Assembly: GCF_036321535.1 (NCBI RefSeq)
Contig: NC_087436.1
Span: forward strand, 21,764,001 to 21,828,000
Source of the DNA: Camelus dromedarius
Lineage: Eukaryota
Reading direction: 5' to 3'
DNA length: 64,000 nt
Under the pieces are notes generated by a model. It saw nothing but the letters and a program-made list of their open reading frames with translations, had not been told where the DNA came from and did no database searches. The translations under genes and the position numbers were made by a program. Below are positions 37,390 through 50,630 of the stretch, piece by piece. Positions within the stretch are counted from its first letter, which is position 1; each line of letters opens with the position of its first letter.

Positions 37390-39240
37390 GTTTATTCATT
37401 TACTGATACAGCCTCTCAAAATTGTTATTAAGTACCTACCGCGAGTCAAGAAGCCTGCGAGTTTGTGAACTTACAAAGACACGAGACAGAGATGAGTATG
37501 CTCTTGTCTCTCACACAGCTGAAAACCCAAAGCTGGAGACAGACAATTTTGCCATCACAACAGCACCATGCTCTTGGTATTCCCAGTTGCTGTGGGGATT
37601 CATAGCCAAGGCAATGGCCATGAGTGCTAGGGCCTGACTGTAGTAGCCAGGCAAGGACGAGTGGGAAAAGATGTTCAAGTGAAGGGAACTGCACTTGCAA
37701 AGTTTGGAGATGTGAGAGCATGAGGTTTGCGTGGAACTGATGGAAATTACCTGGGACTAGAACATAGAGGGCAGGAAAAAAAAATTGAGAGACGTGGCTG
37801 AGAGAGTGACTGAAGCCAGGTCTTGAATAATCTGGTAAAACATGTTAATGGATTTAGACTTTATGCCTCTTGCAACAGGAGCTGCCAAATGGTTTTAACT
37901 GGTGTAGTGACTTTATTGAATCTTTGTTTAGGAAGATCACTCGTTTTGCACTGTGGAGAATATATATCAGGGAGGAAGGCTGGCAGCCTGGACATACTCT
38001 CTCATACATACTGAGTACCTGACTCTTTGCCAGCACTGTGACAAGATCTTGGGCATTATCTCACTTAACTCTTATAATCGTCCTGTGAGGCTGGGCTTTA
38101 TAAGCATTCCAGTTGTAAAGGTGAAGAAATGAAAGCAAAGAAAGATTAAGTAAGTTGTTTACAGTAGCATAATACATAGGTGGCAGAATTAAGATTCATT
38201 CCCTGCCTAGAAACCTTATGATGCTCTTGACAATTCGGCTGCATCGACTCTGTTGGCAGCTACTTATGTGATATATGGTCTAGGATCGTAGAAGGGGCTG
38301 AAGAGAGATAAAGTGCTTTTTTGGAAGTGAGGAGAATATGATGGGCTTGTTTCTGTGTGTCGGGGCACAGAGGGGCTTGGTGAGGGTCAACAGGAGAGAA
38401 GGATGTTATTGAGACTTTTGACTGTACCAGTTAAGTTGGTGATGAGCCAGTGTGTGGGAGACGATGATACCGTCATTTGACTATGTTAGATTTAAGGTGC
38501 CGAGGGAGTGCCTCTTGGAGCTGTCCAGTGTGGAAGCATGATGTGGATTAGCAGTGGAGAACTTGATGGTCCTGAACACCTAAGTAGCTGCCAAATCCTG
38601 GGGAATGTAGGACACTACCCAGGAGATATATTTAGGTTGGGAATAAAAAAATGACCTAGAAGAGAAGCAGTAGTTCTGGAATAGTCAGAGGAAGAAAGAG
38701 CCCATAAAGGGCATTGAGGACAATAGTTGATGGGAAACCCAGGAGACTATAATGAGTTTCAAGAAAAAGATAATGGTCAATGATCTTAAATGTTTTTGAA
38801 ATGCTAAGTAAGAGAAGAGCTGAGAAATTCATTGGATTTAGTGATTTGTCTAGTGACAAAGTGACAGTGAGGAGGGCACTTTTGGAGAAAGATAGAGACA
38901 GAAGACAGATTACCATGGATTGAAGAATGAGGGTGAAAAGTATATAGAGAACATTTGTTTATTTATTGACATTTACTTATTTTAAAGGGCTAGTAAGTGG
39001 AAGGAATGAGGGCTGTGATGGGGGAGGAACAGGGATTTTAGAGAGAGGTGTTTTGGCATTTGTTAAATAAAAAGGAATCTTCAGCATGTTCACCTGCTGA
39101 TAGAAAAAAGTGAGTAGAAAAGGAGAAGGTGAAAGATGTCAGGGAAGAAGGACATACAAGCAAATGAATTTTTTGAAGAAGTGAGAAGAAACGATGACAT
39201 ACAGAGCATTGGTGGCAAATCAGTTTTAAATTTAATTTTC
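37390..39240 (-). mobile_element. L2 fragments interrupted by a MIR (about 38000-38220)
   Basis: TTTAGGAAGATCACTCG, GAAATTCATTGGATTTAGTGATTTG; MIR-like ATCTCACTTAACTCTTATAATCGTCCTGTGAGG. Confidence 0.7.
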
Positions 39241-39248
39241 CCATGATG

Positions 39249-39606
39249 ATTGCCTTCGTCTGCTTGGGCTACTCTAACAGAAATACCATAGCGTGGCTTA
39301 AACAGCATTTGTTTTTCATGTTCTGGAGGCTGAGAAGTCATAGATCATGGTGCCAATGATTTGCTTCCTGGTGGGTCCCTCTTCCTGGATGGCAGACAGC
39401 CTTCTAGCTGTGTGCTTACATGGTGGAAAGAGAGAGAGGGTAAGCTTTCTGGTGTCTCTTCTTATAAGGGCACTAATCCCATCCCGAGGGTTCCACCCTC
39501 ATGACCTAGTTATCTTCCAAGGGCCCCACCTCCCAATACCATCACATTAGGGATTAAGATTTCAAGGTATGAATTTGGGTGGGGAAACAACATTCAGTCC
39601 ATTGCA
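39249..39606 (-). mobile_element. MLT1A0-type MaLR LTR, near full length
   Basis: TTCTGGAGGCTGAGAAGTC...CTTATAAGGGCACTAATCCCAT...CCCAATACCATCACATTAGGG...CATTCAGTCCATTGCA. Confidence 0.92.
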
Positions 39607-39724
39607 GAAATAGAAGGAAAGAGTAAAAAGTATATATAGACGTCTATAAATGTGTAAGTTTTGTGGCAAGATGGGGGATTCTACGTGATGGCTTCCATTT
39701 GCTCTGTGAAGTCAAGGAGGTCTT

Positions 39725-40840
39725 GAATTAAATCCTGTATAACCCAAATGCCTGGATTATACAAGATTTAATTAAAGTGGATGTCTCGAGGGATAGCTTG
39801 GCCAAATTATATGTAATTCATATATCATTGTACTCACCATCATATAACTAAATGCAACTTCACTTTTTTTATATAGTAAAATTCTCATGGCAGAAGTCCT
39901 CCACTGATTCATCGCTGAGAATGAGCTCCCTCCAAGTGCACTGAATGTGCTGCTCATCACCCCCACTCTGTACTTAACCCCTCCCCTGCATCGTGCCTCT
40001 GTCTGTTTTTGAAAAGTTTGCCTCGCAGGTGTTTTGGAACAAGTCTGTGTGGTTTGCCCATTCTGGTACCCTTATCTGGCCGTCCCGCATCCTGTGTTGA
40101 GTGCCCTGTGTTGTGAGGCATGGCTCCTCCTATTAGTTGTTCTTTCTGATGCACCCTCCTTGGCTTTGGGGATGGGCGCCATCCTCCTTTTGTTCCAAGG
40201 GCGGCCATTGCTCCTGGCCAATTAAGGGCTAGATTTTGGGTACACCGGCTCCTTCCATATCCTGATGACAGTGTTTCCTTATTGGGCAGCCCCACCCTAG
40301 TGGAAGTAGAGCCCCAGAAACTGGCCATTCTCTCCACTGCTGATCTGGTGCTGCTGGCAAATAACAGAAACCGAATGGGTCCATTCACTTCTAGTCCAGG
40401 GTAACTTCTTTCACTGCTAAAACTTATCCAGTCTCTTATAGGTGACTGGAGGAGTTTGGTACCAACGCATTCTGTCCTCAAAGAGATGGACTCTTTCTAT
40501 TTCGGGACAAATTCTGAGGAATGTTGATCATTGCAACATTCATTCTTTCAGGGATAATGGGACATGATGTCCGTCATTAAACTTCCCCAGAGAATACAAG
40601 CTATATATTTACTGTGCCCATAAACCCCAAACCCTGTGTACCAAGCTCTGGGCTAGTTTGTTTAGACTCGTTGCTAAATCTGGAAACACGTTTTACTTTT
40701 GTTCTCCTGAAGCTCTTGTTCTCCGTAGCCTTCTTATTAGTCTGTTTAAGGCTGATATTGTCATCTTGGCACCTCATGATAGCCCCTTCATGGTAAATCT
40801 GACCATAATAGTATTGTGGTCCAACCACTGAATCCAACTA
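39725..40840 (-). mobile_element. Degraded Gypsy-type (Gmr1/MamGyp-like) retrotransposon internal gag fossil
   Basis: Manual translation of a stop-interrupted minus frame gives ALNRLIRRLRRTRASGEQK*NVFPDLATSLNKLAQSLVHRVWG...LKE*MLQ*STFLRICPEIERVHLFEDR...LDKF, then a frameshifted C...GHSTQD knuckle-like remnant. Confidence 0.5.
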
Positions 40841-41650
40841 ACTGCAAAACATACTACTATTATTGTAAGGTATCAACTCATTTTTTTGAAAAGGAAAAAC
40901 TGTTTACTAATTAAAAATTTGAGATGTCAAATACAGATTTGTTGTTTATGAGCTTGCGGCTTTGTTTGGAAGGGCACAAACCACAGGTGGCCCCTTCACA
41001 AACCCTCTTGAATTTAAACTCATGGTTTCAGGCTGTGGAGTTGATGCAGCCAGGTCTGTCCCTACCGTTTGGCAGTTAGGATGATGTGGCCATCCCGTGT
41101 ATGGTAACTGATGGATGAGGATGCCCTGGAAGGGCTCACAAAGAGAGCAGGCAGAGTGACAGGCCCTGGACTGGGTGTTTTTAAAAATAAGTTCTCCCTT
41201 TTAATCATCATGTATTTATTATCTCTCTTTTGCAGTTAAGGGAATCAGTGCTAAAAAGAGTTAAGTAACTTGTCCAGAATAACACAGCTAATAAGCTTCT
41301 GAATCAGGCTTAATACCACATTTTTATGATTCCAGAGGAATCTCCAGTAATTATAGATGGTCTTTCTCCAATAAGGATAGATATAAAGACTGCTTTGAAA
41401 AAGATCTCCCTCAGTGTCATCTAACTTTATATGGAGCCAACACCAAAATGGAATTCCGTGAAGCCGAATTAAGGAAGAAATTTTGCAAATGTCAGTCTGT
41501 ATTCTGAAAATGTTACATTTTGTAAGTCCAAAATAAATCCAAATGCCATGTTTTTAAACACTGGTCTATTGAAAAAATAGTCTATTTTTATATATTTTGG
41601 ACTAAATAGATTTCTGGAATAAGACAAAGATCAGTAAAAAGAATAGATCA

Positions 41651-41860
41651 TTGTTTTTCATTGAGCTTATTGAGGTATAATTGACATCCAGCACTGTGTA
41701 ATTTAAAGGTGTACAGCATAATGATTTGACTTACATCATGAAATGATGACCACAGTAAGTTTAGTGAACATCCATCATCTCATACGGATAAAACATTAAA
41801 GAAATAGAAAAAATTTTTTTCCTGGTAATGAGACCTCTTAAGATTTACTCTCATTAGAGC
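41651..41860 (-). mobile_element. L1 3' end with perfect TSD
   Basis: TTATTGAGGTATAATTGACATCCAGCACTGTG...; TSD AGAATAGATCA at 41640-41650 and 41861-41871. Confidence 0.88.
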
Positions 41861-42654
41861 AGAATAGATCAATTTAGAGTAGCAGGTTTGGATAGATCCT
41901 TGTAAAGACGGCCCCATTGGTAAGAGTTCTGTGAACTACACTCAGTGTGATAAACTCTACTCAACCCCTGTGTGGAGTCTCTCATGTCTAATGGTAACAG
42001 ACACTTAGAGCTTAACAAGATCATTTAGTAAGGCACTAAAGCTGAAAGAAGCCAAAGCTATAAAAGCACAGAAAAGATGGCGAGTGGCATGTGTGGCCTT
42101 ACCAGTCAGGAAAATCTTGAATGGGTAGGGCTCTTAACAGGTCTGTCACACTCCTGTCTTAGGCTTCACTTACTTGGGTGAGCTTTTGGTGTAAATGGGA
42201 ACCTCTTTCCAATGACTTGGTTTGGTGTAGTTCATTTTATGTTGCACTATCATAGTGTTCTCAATAGTCCTTGTATGTACTCATGTTTGAGGCACTGAAT
42301 TAGCTCACTGTGGACCTGCACTTGTGTTTATTGTGATAGAAGTTCAGAAGGACTTAGCCCTCACCGTGCTAGATTTTCAGTCTCTCCATAGTTGATTCTG
42401 TTCTCTGCACATCAGGATGTGGAGGTAGCAGCCCCTGATTTTTGAAAGCTGTGAATATAAGCAGTGAAAGCATCTGGCAGGAGAAATGGAAATGGAAATA
42501 GTAACTTCCAGCTAGTGTTCAAAACAAGATTCACTGCTTCACATATTTCAATGTAGATTAGGTGAACTTCTCAAGAAGGCAAAGTGCTTTTCCTTTCCTT
42601 GAGACCTCACCGTTTTTCCTGGCTACTCAGTGCTGCTCGTTTTAGGACATTTCT

Positions 42655-43160
42655 GATGATCATTTCAGCCTAATTGCACCTGCCAGAGTGTGGCTGCCCT
42701 TGATGTGATTGGATCTGTGAGGCATTCTTTCAAGGATGGCCTGGAGTTGGCTCTTAACGCTTTCTTGGCTATACCACATCCACTTAGGGCACTCCCTCAC
42801 TCCTACTGTGTGGACACTGAGTTGGACGGAGTGTCCACTAATCTCTGTGGTAATTGAATGGGTGTAATCTCTACTCTTACCTTGCAATGGTCAGGGAGTC
42901 ATCATGACCTGGCTCCATTGTCATCGGCACTTTCCTGACACTTTCAGGCAGAGGCTGTTAGCAGTGGCATGCAGACCAGACTGTTCTTGCTGTGTGACTT
43001 TTTCTGTGATTCCTGCTGCTTTATTGGGGCTCCCTTGTCCCCACCAGTTCTCCAAGACTGGCTTTCTAGCTTCTCATCAGCCCTGAAATCTTCCCAATAA
43101 ATTCCTATATGGCTTAAGGTAGCAAGAGCCAATTTTTATTGTTTTCAGTCTCTCACTGAT
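42655..43160 (+). mobile_element. ERVL/MaLR-class LTR (old MLT-like)
   Basis: 3' end CCCAATAAATTCCTATATGGCTTAAGGTAGCAAGAGCCAATTTTTATTGTTTTCA is typical of MLT LTR ends. Confidence 0.6.
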
Positions 43161-44019
43161 TTATGACCTTAACATTTTCTGAAATAACAAATATTTAAGT
43201 CATCTGAGTTTCAACATTGTGCAATATTTGAGGTATGATATTAACTAAGTATTCTTGGTCCAGATAGTTTTTATATTGAAAATTGGTATGAAGATATAAA
43301 TTCAAGACATTTCACTGACGCTAAAACATAAAACTGCATATAATTTTTCCATAAGGTCATGTGACCTGATTCTACGGAAAGATTATAATCTGAGGAAGGA
43401 AAAAGCACTTGATGCAAGATTTAAAGATTTTAATTCTGTACAAACCACCCAGGGCAAAAACGAAGGATTAATAAATTGGGCCATATGCAATGGCTTGCTA
43501 TTTTCTTAAATAAGAGTGCTCTTAATGTTCTTTAAAGTAATGAAGGGGGTTAATAGAATCTGGAACAGATATTTAGAAGACCAGAAATTCTCTATCCTAC
43601 AATAGGAAGAAATATAGAAATATAGTTCTATAGAAATCTGACTGATTATGAAGACATAATTCCCTATGTACTGAGTTGAAGGAATACCAGATACACTGCA
43701 GAGAGGAATTATTAAAACCATATTTAACTCAGTATTGTACATTTGTGGGGAAAAGAAAGCATAGAGTCTCTCCATCTAGTGCATTTTTTAAGTTAAAAAT
43801 GGCAGCTCATAATTTGATGACTTCATTTTAAATAATAAAAGGTTTATGCAAATATTCATGTTCTGAAACCAGATTACTCATTTACTGGGTCTAATCTGTC
43901 CCCCTGTTCCACTCTTCGTGGCTTTGGAAGTTACTACTCTGCATCCCCATGAGCACAGACTGAAGGTATCCTCTGACCCTTGCCTCCTTTTTACCTAAGA
44001 GACGAATCGCTGTGCAGTT

Positions 44020-45880
44020 ACTGGAACCTCACCAGCTGTTTAGCTATCAGGTCATAGTCGCGTGGCCGTTGGTTATGCAACAAGGTTGTCATTGGTGGTC
44101 TAACAACAGAAGTTGTGGTAGGATAATGAGGGCAAAAGTTTCATTGGAACGGTTCCAAGGAGGGACGGAAAAGACAATTTGAGGACCAAGACTTTTGGCA
44201 AATCTATCAAGATGTTGTATGTAGAGGAAGGGAGAGATGGGGGGTGGTTACTGAAGAAAGTGTCATTTTGTTTTGTTTTTTAAGATGGGAGATGTAACAG
44301 GTGATTGAAAAAAAAAGACCCAGTTGTGGAACTGCATAGGAAAAAAGGGAAGAAGTACTAAAATGATGCCCTTGAGTAGAAGATGGGTTGAGATCTGGTG
44401 TGCAATTAGGATTGCTTTTAGCCAAGGGCTTAGAGTTTACCCATAATGATGGGGGAGATGGGGCCTATATAGGCAGAGGGTGGAAATGATGTAGGTGCTT
44501 GCATGCCTCCTGATCACTCATATTTTCTCATTGGACTGGGAAGCAAGGTCATCAGAGAAACAGAAGTATGGAGGAGAATGTTTCAGACATTTAACAAGAA
44601 CAAAGGTGTCTGATAGTCCTTTAGGCATGTGGAAGAATGAATGGCCCAGGGATGTATAGTATGATTGTCAGGCTATCTTAAGAGCCTACTGAGGATAGAG
44701 GTGGATCTAAAGTGACACCAACCAGCGTGGTGATGAGATTTTCTCCAGACACATTCAAATGCACAGGTAGGAGTACAGGTGGGGAGATGGTTTTTCCCAA
44801 GTGAGATGATGAAGTGCAAGAGAGTTAGGGTTGTTTGGGGAGAAAGCAGGAGGTTGAAGGCAGGGACCAGCCATGATGGTTAAAGCAGGGTAAGAATGGA
44901 AGTGAGGCGGGGAGGAGACAAGGTATGCTGACGAGTGGTAGCACAGTGACTTGTAGGTGTCGGGGGCCAACCTGAGTTGCAGAGAGCTGACACCTGGCAG
45001 CCCAGCTGATTAAAATGATATGCTAAAATAAAAATGAGCAGTCAAAGCTTTCATCCGTTACTGGGATAATGTAAGCAAGAGGCTAATCCAGAGAAAGTCA
45101 CCCGCCGAGGGGTCCCTGTCTTCCTATGGGGCATTGTTGGCTGAGGGTCCAGTGGGTCAACATAGATGTGGAGAATCACTTTACTGCCAAGGGAGCCCCG
45201 AACAAGAGGTTCCTGCAGGTTATGGATTCCGGGACCAGGTAAAAGGGCCAAAAGGAAGGGCTAGGAGTGAAAAAGTACTGCGTCAGAGGAGAGAAAATTA
45301 TCTGCAGTGTTTCCCTCCCCCTCCTTTGAGTAAGAAGGTCTAGGCAAAGGTTCCTGAAGACAGTCTTGGTCAAGGTTCCTGGTAAAGAGGCCTCCAAATG
45401 AAGGGACTGAGCCAAGAGTGCAGTGTGCCAAGGAGTGCGGCTCAGCTCGGGGGGCCTGAGTCCTTGACTGCAGCTCCCCTCAGGGCCTGTAATGCGTTAG
45501 CTGGGTCTCAAGTCTGGGTTGGGCAGCGCAGCCTTCCCCAGTGAGACCTGCCAGGTAAAGCCTTTGTAGCCCCCTGGGCTCAGGTCTGAAAGATCACACA
45601 CGGAGTTTTAGCCAGGAGCTGCACTGCTCAGTAGATTCTGAGATGAAGTCTACAAATTGTTGGTGACAGGGAGTGAGTTAGGAAAATGAGGAAATGAGAT
45701 GCTGGCAGCTGAGATCCAGAGATTCAGGTTGTGGGAGTCTGGCAATGGAGATAAGTGGTCCATATAAGGTAGGAAAAAAATCATTTGAGAGAGGAGAAGC
45801 AGTCATCTCTCTGGATATTGAAATCTGAGAGAGTTATGACAGGAATCGTGCTGGAAAGAGAAATGGGGACCTATCCTTTC
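44020..45880 (-). mobile_element. L2 fragments interrupted by a GC-rich LTR-like block (about 45079-45600)
   Basis: CAAGGTTGTCATTGGTGGTCTAACAACAGAAGTTGTGGTAGG, GGGAAGCAAGGTCATCAG; insert bounded TGTAAG...CACACA. Confidence 0.6.
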
Positions 45881-46094
45881 AGTGCTAAGATGCTTCAAAA
45901 TTTAGCTCATCTGTGTCTTCTTTCTATGAAAAATATTTTATGAATAATTTATTGACTTGAAATTGATCAAAGTAACATATTTGTATCTGTTTCCTTTTTT
46001 TTTCTTCAAGCTGTGAGATCTGTAACTGCGTTGTGTTCTTTAGCAACAGGGTGTGTTCCTGCTGACAGTTGCCCTTGTCAGATGGCTGTGGTTG

Positions 46095-46589
46095 CTTGTC
46101 CTCATTAAAACCAAGTATTTGACAAAGTATATGTATAAGGTGAACGATGTGATGTTTTCATATACACATACATTGTGGAATAATTACTAAGATGAAAGTA
46201 GTTAATACATCTATCACCTCACATAGTTAACTCCTTTTTTTTTTTCCTGGTGGTAAGGATGCTTAAGATCTACTCTCAGCAACTTTCAAATATACAATAC
46301 TGTATTGTTACCTGTAGTCATCATGCTGTGCATGATGGCCTCAGAACTTACTCTTCTTATGTCTGAAAGTTCGCACCTCTTGACCTGTATTTCCCCATTT
46401 TCCTCTCCCCCAGCCCCTGGCGACCACTATCTCTGTTTCTATGAAATTGCCTTTTTGTTTTAGGTCCCACATATAAGAGATATTACACATATTTGTCTTT
46501 CTGTCTGGCTTATTTCACTTAGCATAATGCCCTCCAGATTATCCGTATTGTCACAAATGGTAGGATTTCTGTGGCTGGATAAGATTCTG

Positions 46590-46629
<40 letters not shown>

Positions 46630-47232
46630 ATATACATATATATGCATATATATACACACATATTCCACATTTAGAAAATCCATTCATGGAAGAGCATTCA
46701 GGTGGTTCTCATACCTTGGCTATTATGAATAATGCTGCAGTGAACATGGAAGTACAGGTATCTCTTAGAGATATTGATTTCATTTCCATTGTGTACATAC
46801 TCAGAAGGTGGATTGCTATCTCATATGGCAGTTCTATTTTAATTTTTTGAGGGATTATATTATTTCCATAACGGCTGCGCCAATTCACATTCCCACCAAC
46901 GGTGTATAAGACTTTTCTCCACATCCTGGCTAGCGTTTGTTCTCTCTTGTCTTTTTGATGGTAGCCATCCTAAGAGGTGTCAGATGATAGCTTATTGTGG
47001 TTTTGGTTTACTTTTCCCTGATGATTAGTGATATTGAATACCTTTTCATCTATCTATTGGCCATTTGTTTGTCTTCTTTGGAAAAAAAGTCTATTTAGGG
47101 CCTTTGCTCATTTAAAAATTGGATTATTTGCTTTTTTGCTGTTGAGTTGTATGAATTATTTATCTATTTTGGATATTAACCTCTTATCAGATATATAACT
47201 GGCAAATATTTTCTCCCATTATCTAGGTTAGC
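46095..47232 (-). mobile_element. L1MA9/L1MB-type 3' end, about 1.1 kb, with internal (TG)n at about 46593-46626
   Basis: TGGCTTATTTCACTTAGCATAATGCCCTCCAG, CATTCCCACCAACGGTGTATAAG, TTTTGGATATTAACCTCTTATCAGATATAT. Confidence 0.92.
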
Positions 47233-47678
47233 CTGCGTGTCTTATAAACAGATCAGAATTTTAACAGCCTATCATCATACACTACTCTTCGTAAATTCAA
47301 GCACATGTCACATTCTGAGAACCCAGCCTTAACATATGTAGCCCTTTATTTTGTTAACTATTCAGCTTTCTGGGAATTTGAAATTCCCAAATAAAATCTT
47401 TAAAAATCTGAGTTTATCTCATAAGAATGTTATTAGTATTTGTATACGAATGGAGAAGGGAAAAAAGGGGGCTTAAGTAAGTCAGTGCCTAGAAAGTGAT
47501 TAGTAATGCCTTGTCCCTATATAAGAACTTTTGCCCAGGCCTAGTGGCCTGGGATTTATACTTGGTCTCCAGTCTGGGGATCTGAATATATTTAAGTCAT
47601 GATACTGAGAAATCTGATGGATGCATTTTCTTCCAGTCTTTGCATATCTCTGACCTTTGTTTCCTGTTTTTCTTGTAG

Positions 47679-47900
47679 GTTGCTAGGATAGGCTCTGACC
47701 ACATAAATTAGTGAAAAGCAATTAGCTTCTGTCGTTTAATCCTATAGAAAAGCCCACTAAGAATATGCTGTCCAAACCTTTTCCAGTTGAAATCGATAAT
47801 TTTATCTAATTGGATGGGATTTTTAGAAGATGAACAGAACATTGTCATGTGATTAAAACTGACTCCCAGAAACAATAAACTTGGCTTACCTATTTTGTTA
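47679..47900 (+). other. Candidate 3'-terminal exon
   Basis: Branch-like CTGAC, pyrimidine tract and TTTTTCTTGTAG| acceptor; early stops (VARIGSDHIN* or GC*); ATTAAA near 47852, AATAAA 47874-47879, T-rich sequence downstream. Confidence 0.45.
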
Positions 47901-48659
47901 GAGTATTATTTTGATTTATATGCTAATATGTATAATTCACTTTCACAGTTGATACCAGCTGCTTTCTTTTTTATTAATGGCCGCTCCATAAATTTAGGCA
48001 GGTTTTCTAGGAGTGAGGTTGGTGGCATTGGTGTGGGTTGAGGAAAATTTAACAGTTTCAGAGGGGAGGGTGATCTTGGGGTTGCTTGCCCTATGTTGCA
48101 TCACAAATGTCTTTTCATTAGAAGTCTATCATTTAAATTGTCTCCTTTTCCTGGAAATTATTAAGCATGGTATAAGATTATTTAATAACAACATAACTCA
48201 GGCTGCTTATAACTGATATCAACATTACACGCATAAGATGTGATTCCAAGAAGTTTTTTTTTTAAATTTATCATTGGGATAATAAACTATAACTGACATA
48301 CTATTAAACTAAAAGAAAGTGAAAGCTTGCCAACGTCCCTGTTGTGTTTCACTCTCTCTGACTTTCTGTTCTAAGAATGGCCGCACATTGTGAGTTTATC
48401 CACTTCCTTGATGGAGGAAAGTACTTTTATAAAAACAAGTAAGACATACAAAGGGAGGGGATAGAATACGTAACTTTACAGTAAGAGACTGGAACTATAA
48501 AAGTACTTTCGCTTGGATATCCTTGGTGTTATCCAATCTGCCCCCTCACTGGGACCCTCAATTGGCTGGCTGGCAAAGTGGATGACTGTGTATTGCCTAG
48601 TTTTGAAATGTTCAGAGAGCTGTATAAGAAGTAGCTGATGGTGAGACAGAGGGAGTTGA

Positions 48660-48764
48660 GGGTGAGGGTATATACTCAGTGGTAGAGTGTGTGCTTAGCA
48701 TGCATAAGGTCCTGGGTTCAATTCCCAGGACCTTCATTAAAAAAGGAAAAAAAAAAAAAAAAAA
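48660..48764 (+). mobile_element. Camelid tRNA-derived SINE (Vic-1-like), short form
   Basis: GGGTGAGGGTATATACTCAGTGGTAGAGTG...CCTGGGTTCAATTCCCAG, poly-A. TSD AGGGAGTTGAG / AGGTAGTTCAG. Confidence 0.9.
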
Positions 48765-50499
48765 GGTAGTTCAGCACTAAAGAAATCCGTAAGAGTCCTG
48801 CTGGAGTAAAAAGCAAAGTAAGGGCTCAAGACCATCATAAGTGCTAGTAAGCCCAGGGACACCCTCTCTCTTAGAAGACATGGAACAGGGCCGAGAGGAA
48901 ACAACCTGTTTTAGGATCAGGATGTACTTTAAGTTCATTCTTTAGGCCAGCGTCACCATCTGACTTTCTCAACCCTAAACACTGTCTTCTAGACTCTTTG
49001 CTAGTCTTTTCACTCCTTCAACACTCAGCATTTTCCTGCTTGATCCAGGGCACCTAGCTAGTGCTCATAGTCCCAGCTTGCTCTCCTGGAACTTGACCTC
49101 TGACCTGAATGGCAGCATCTGGGTTTTGGTTCTTCCAGGCCATCCCATCCCCTTCACGCTAACATCCTGATACATATCGCCTTCCTCTGTTGGCCAATTA
49201 AGATTGGGTTGCGGTTGGCACTATGGATGGGTAACTTAGTCCTCTGTAGCTGTCTTAATGAGTATTATATAACTGATTTAAATTCTATTGCATAGCTTAT
49301 TAAATCATATGTGTTGGCTAGGCTCCTGCCTTTGAGGCATGCTGCTAACAACATGATACAGCGTCTTATTTTTCCTTCAACCAGTTATTTCCAATCATAG
49401 ACTAGTGAATGGTATTTTAAAAATAAGCTACTAATTTACAGATAATTGCATAAGGAAGTGACAGCTACGTTATACCTGATCCTTTGCTTAAAAACACATT
49501 AAGAACTAAGACATTCAGATCTTTTGCATGGGAAAGAATGTTTTCAGCATTATTAAAACTTATTTCAATATATTAATTTTTTTTTAAGATTTATTTTTAG
49601 GGAAGCAAAATAGCTATTAAGTTTAGCAGAATCCTTTGTTTTGGGCTTCCTGGCTAACAGAACACATACTTCAAGTCTGACAGCGCTGTTTGAGAACTAG
49701 CTCCATATCTGGGACTCTTCAGTTTCCTGATTCATTGTTGGACCTCAATTTCAGAACTTTGTATCTTTGTAAAATCCTGAAATAGTGTCAGTGATTTTGA
49801 TGTCTTCACAAAGGAGATTATTTTGTCAAGTAATGCTTTAAACAATTTATAGATAATTTGATGATTTTTATTGCAGAGATGTAAGTGTTATTTAACAATG
49901 AAAAAAAAAAGTAGACGATGAAGATGTTATAAGTACCATAGAATTAGTCACACACATCCCTTCCCCAAGACCCTATTTTATTACTGGACCAATAGTAAAA
50001 TGTAGTTCATTTTTAAATAAGAAAGTGGTTGTTTCTTAAGATTTTGCCCTAGTAGAGAGAAATATATTCCTGAGGGACCTCAGCTGGTATCCCTGTACAT
50101 GTAGTAAAAGCAAATATATTTTTTAAGAATGCTAAATAATTGAGTCAGAGAACATTTTGGTAAATTTAATCCGAGAACATTTTTAGGTTCACTGTAAACC
50201 TGTTAGCAAATCAAAGGAAGTGAATGATGAAATGGTGGAAGGGATGCTTCCTGTTAATATTCTGTATTGTTTTTTGCCTTCAATATTTATTTATCTTTCA
50301 GTATTCTTTGCTTGTTTCTAGTAATCTACTTGAAGTAACAGCAAGGCAGATGAGAACCTAACCTGATTTGTCCCAACTGGGGCTTCTGAATAGAGGTCTT
50401 TAGTGGGACAGAGAAAGCTCAGCTCGTGGCTAAGGTTTCTGTTCTGTGTAAAGATCCAGTCTTAATCCGTTTTGAGAACACTGAGTAATTCATCAATTT

Positions 50500-50630
50500 T
50501 AAGCTGAAAGGGGGCTCTCAGTTTCTCTTATCCATTCCCTTCATTTCAGAGGAGACAGTGAGGCCCAGGAAAGTGACACCTGCCTGCCTGGGGAGGGGCA
50601 GAGTGGGAGGTGGACCTCAAGCCTTCTCAC
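50500..50630 (-). mobile_element. MIR fragment
   Basis: TCATTTCAGAGGAGACAGTGAGGCCCAGGAAAGTGAC. Confidence 0.6.

Noticed and set aside
39957..40481. 174-aa minus-strand ORF as a functional gene
   Set aside because: Non-ATG start and no recognisable protein. The gag-like signal is spread across several frames with stops, consistent with a decayed element.
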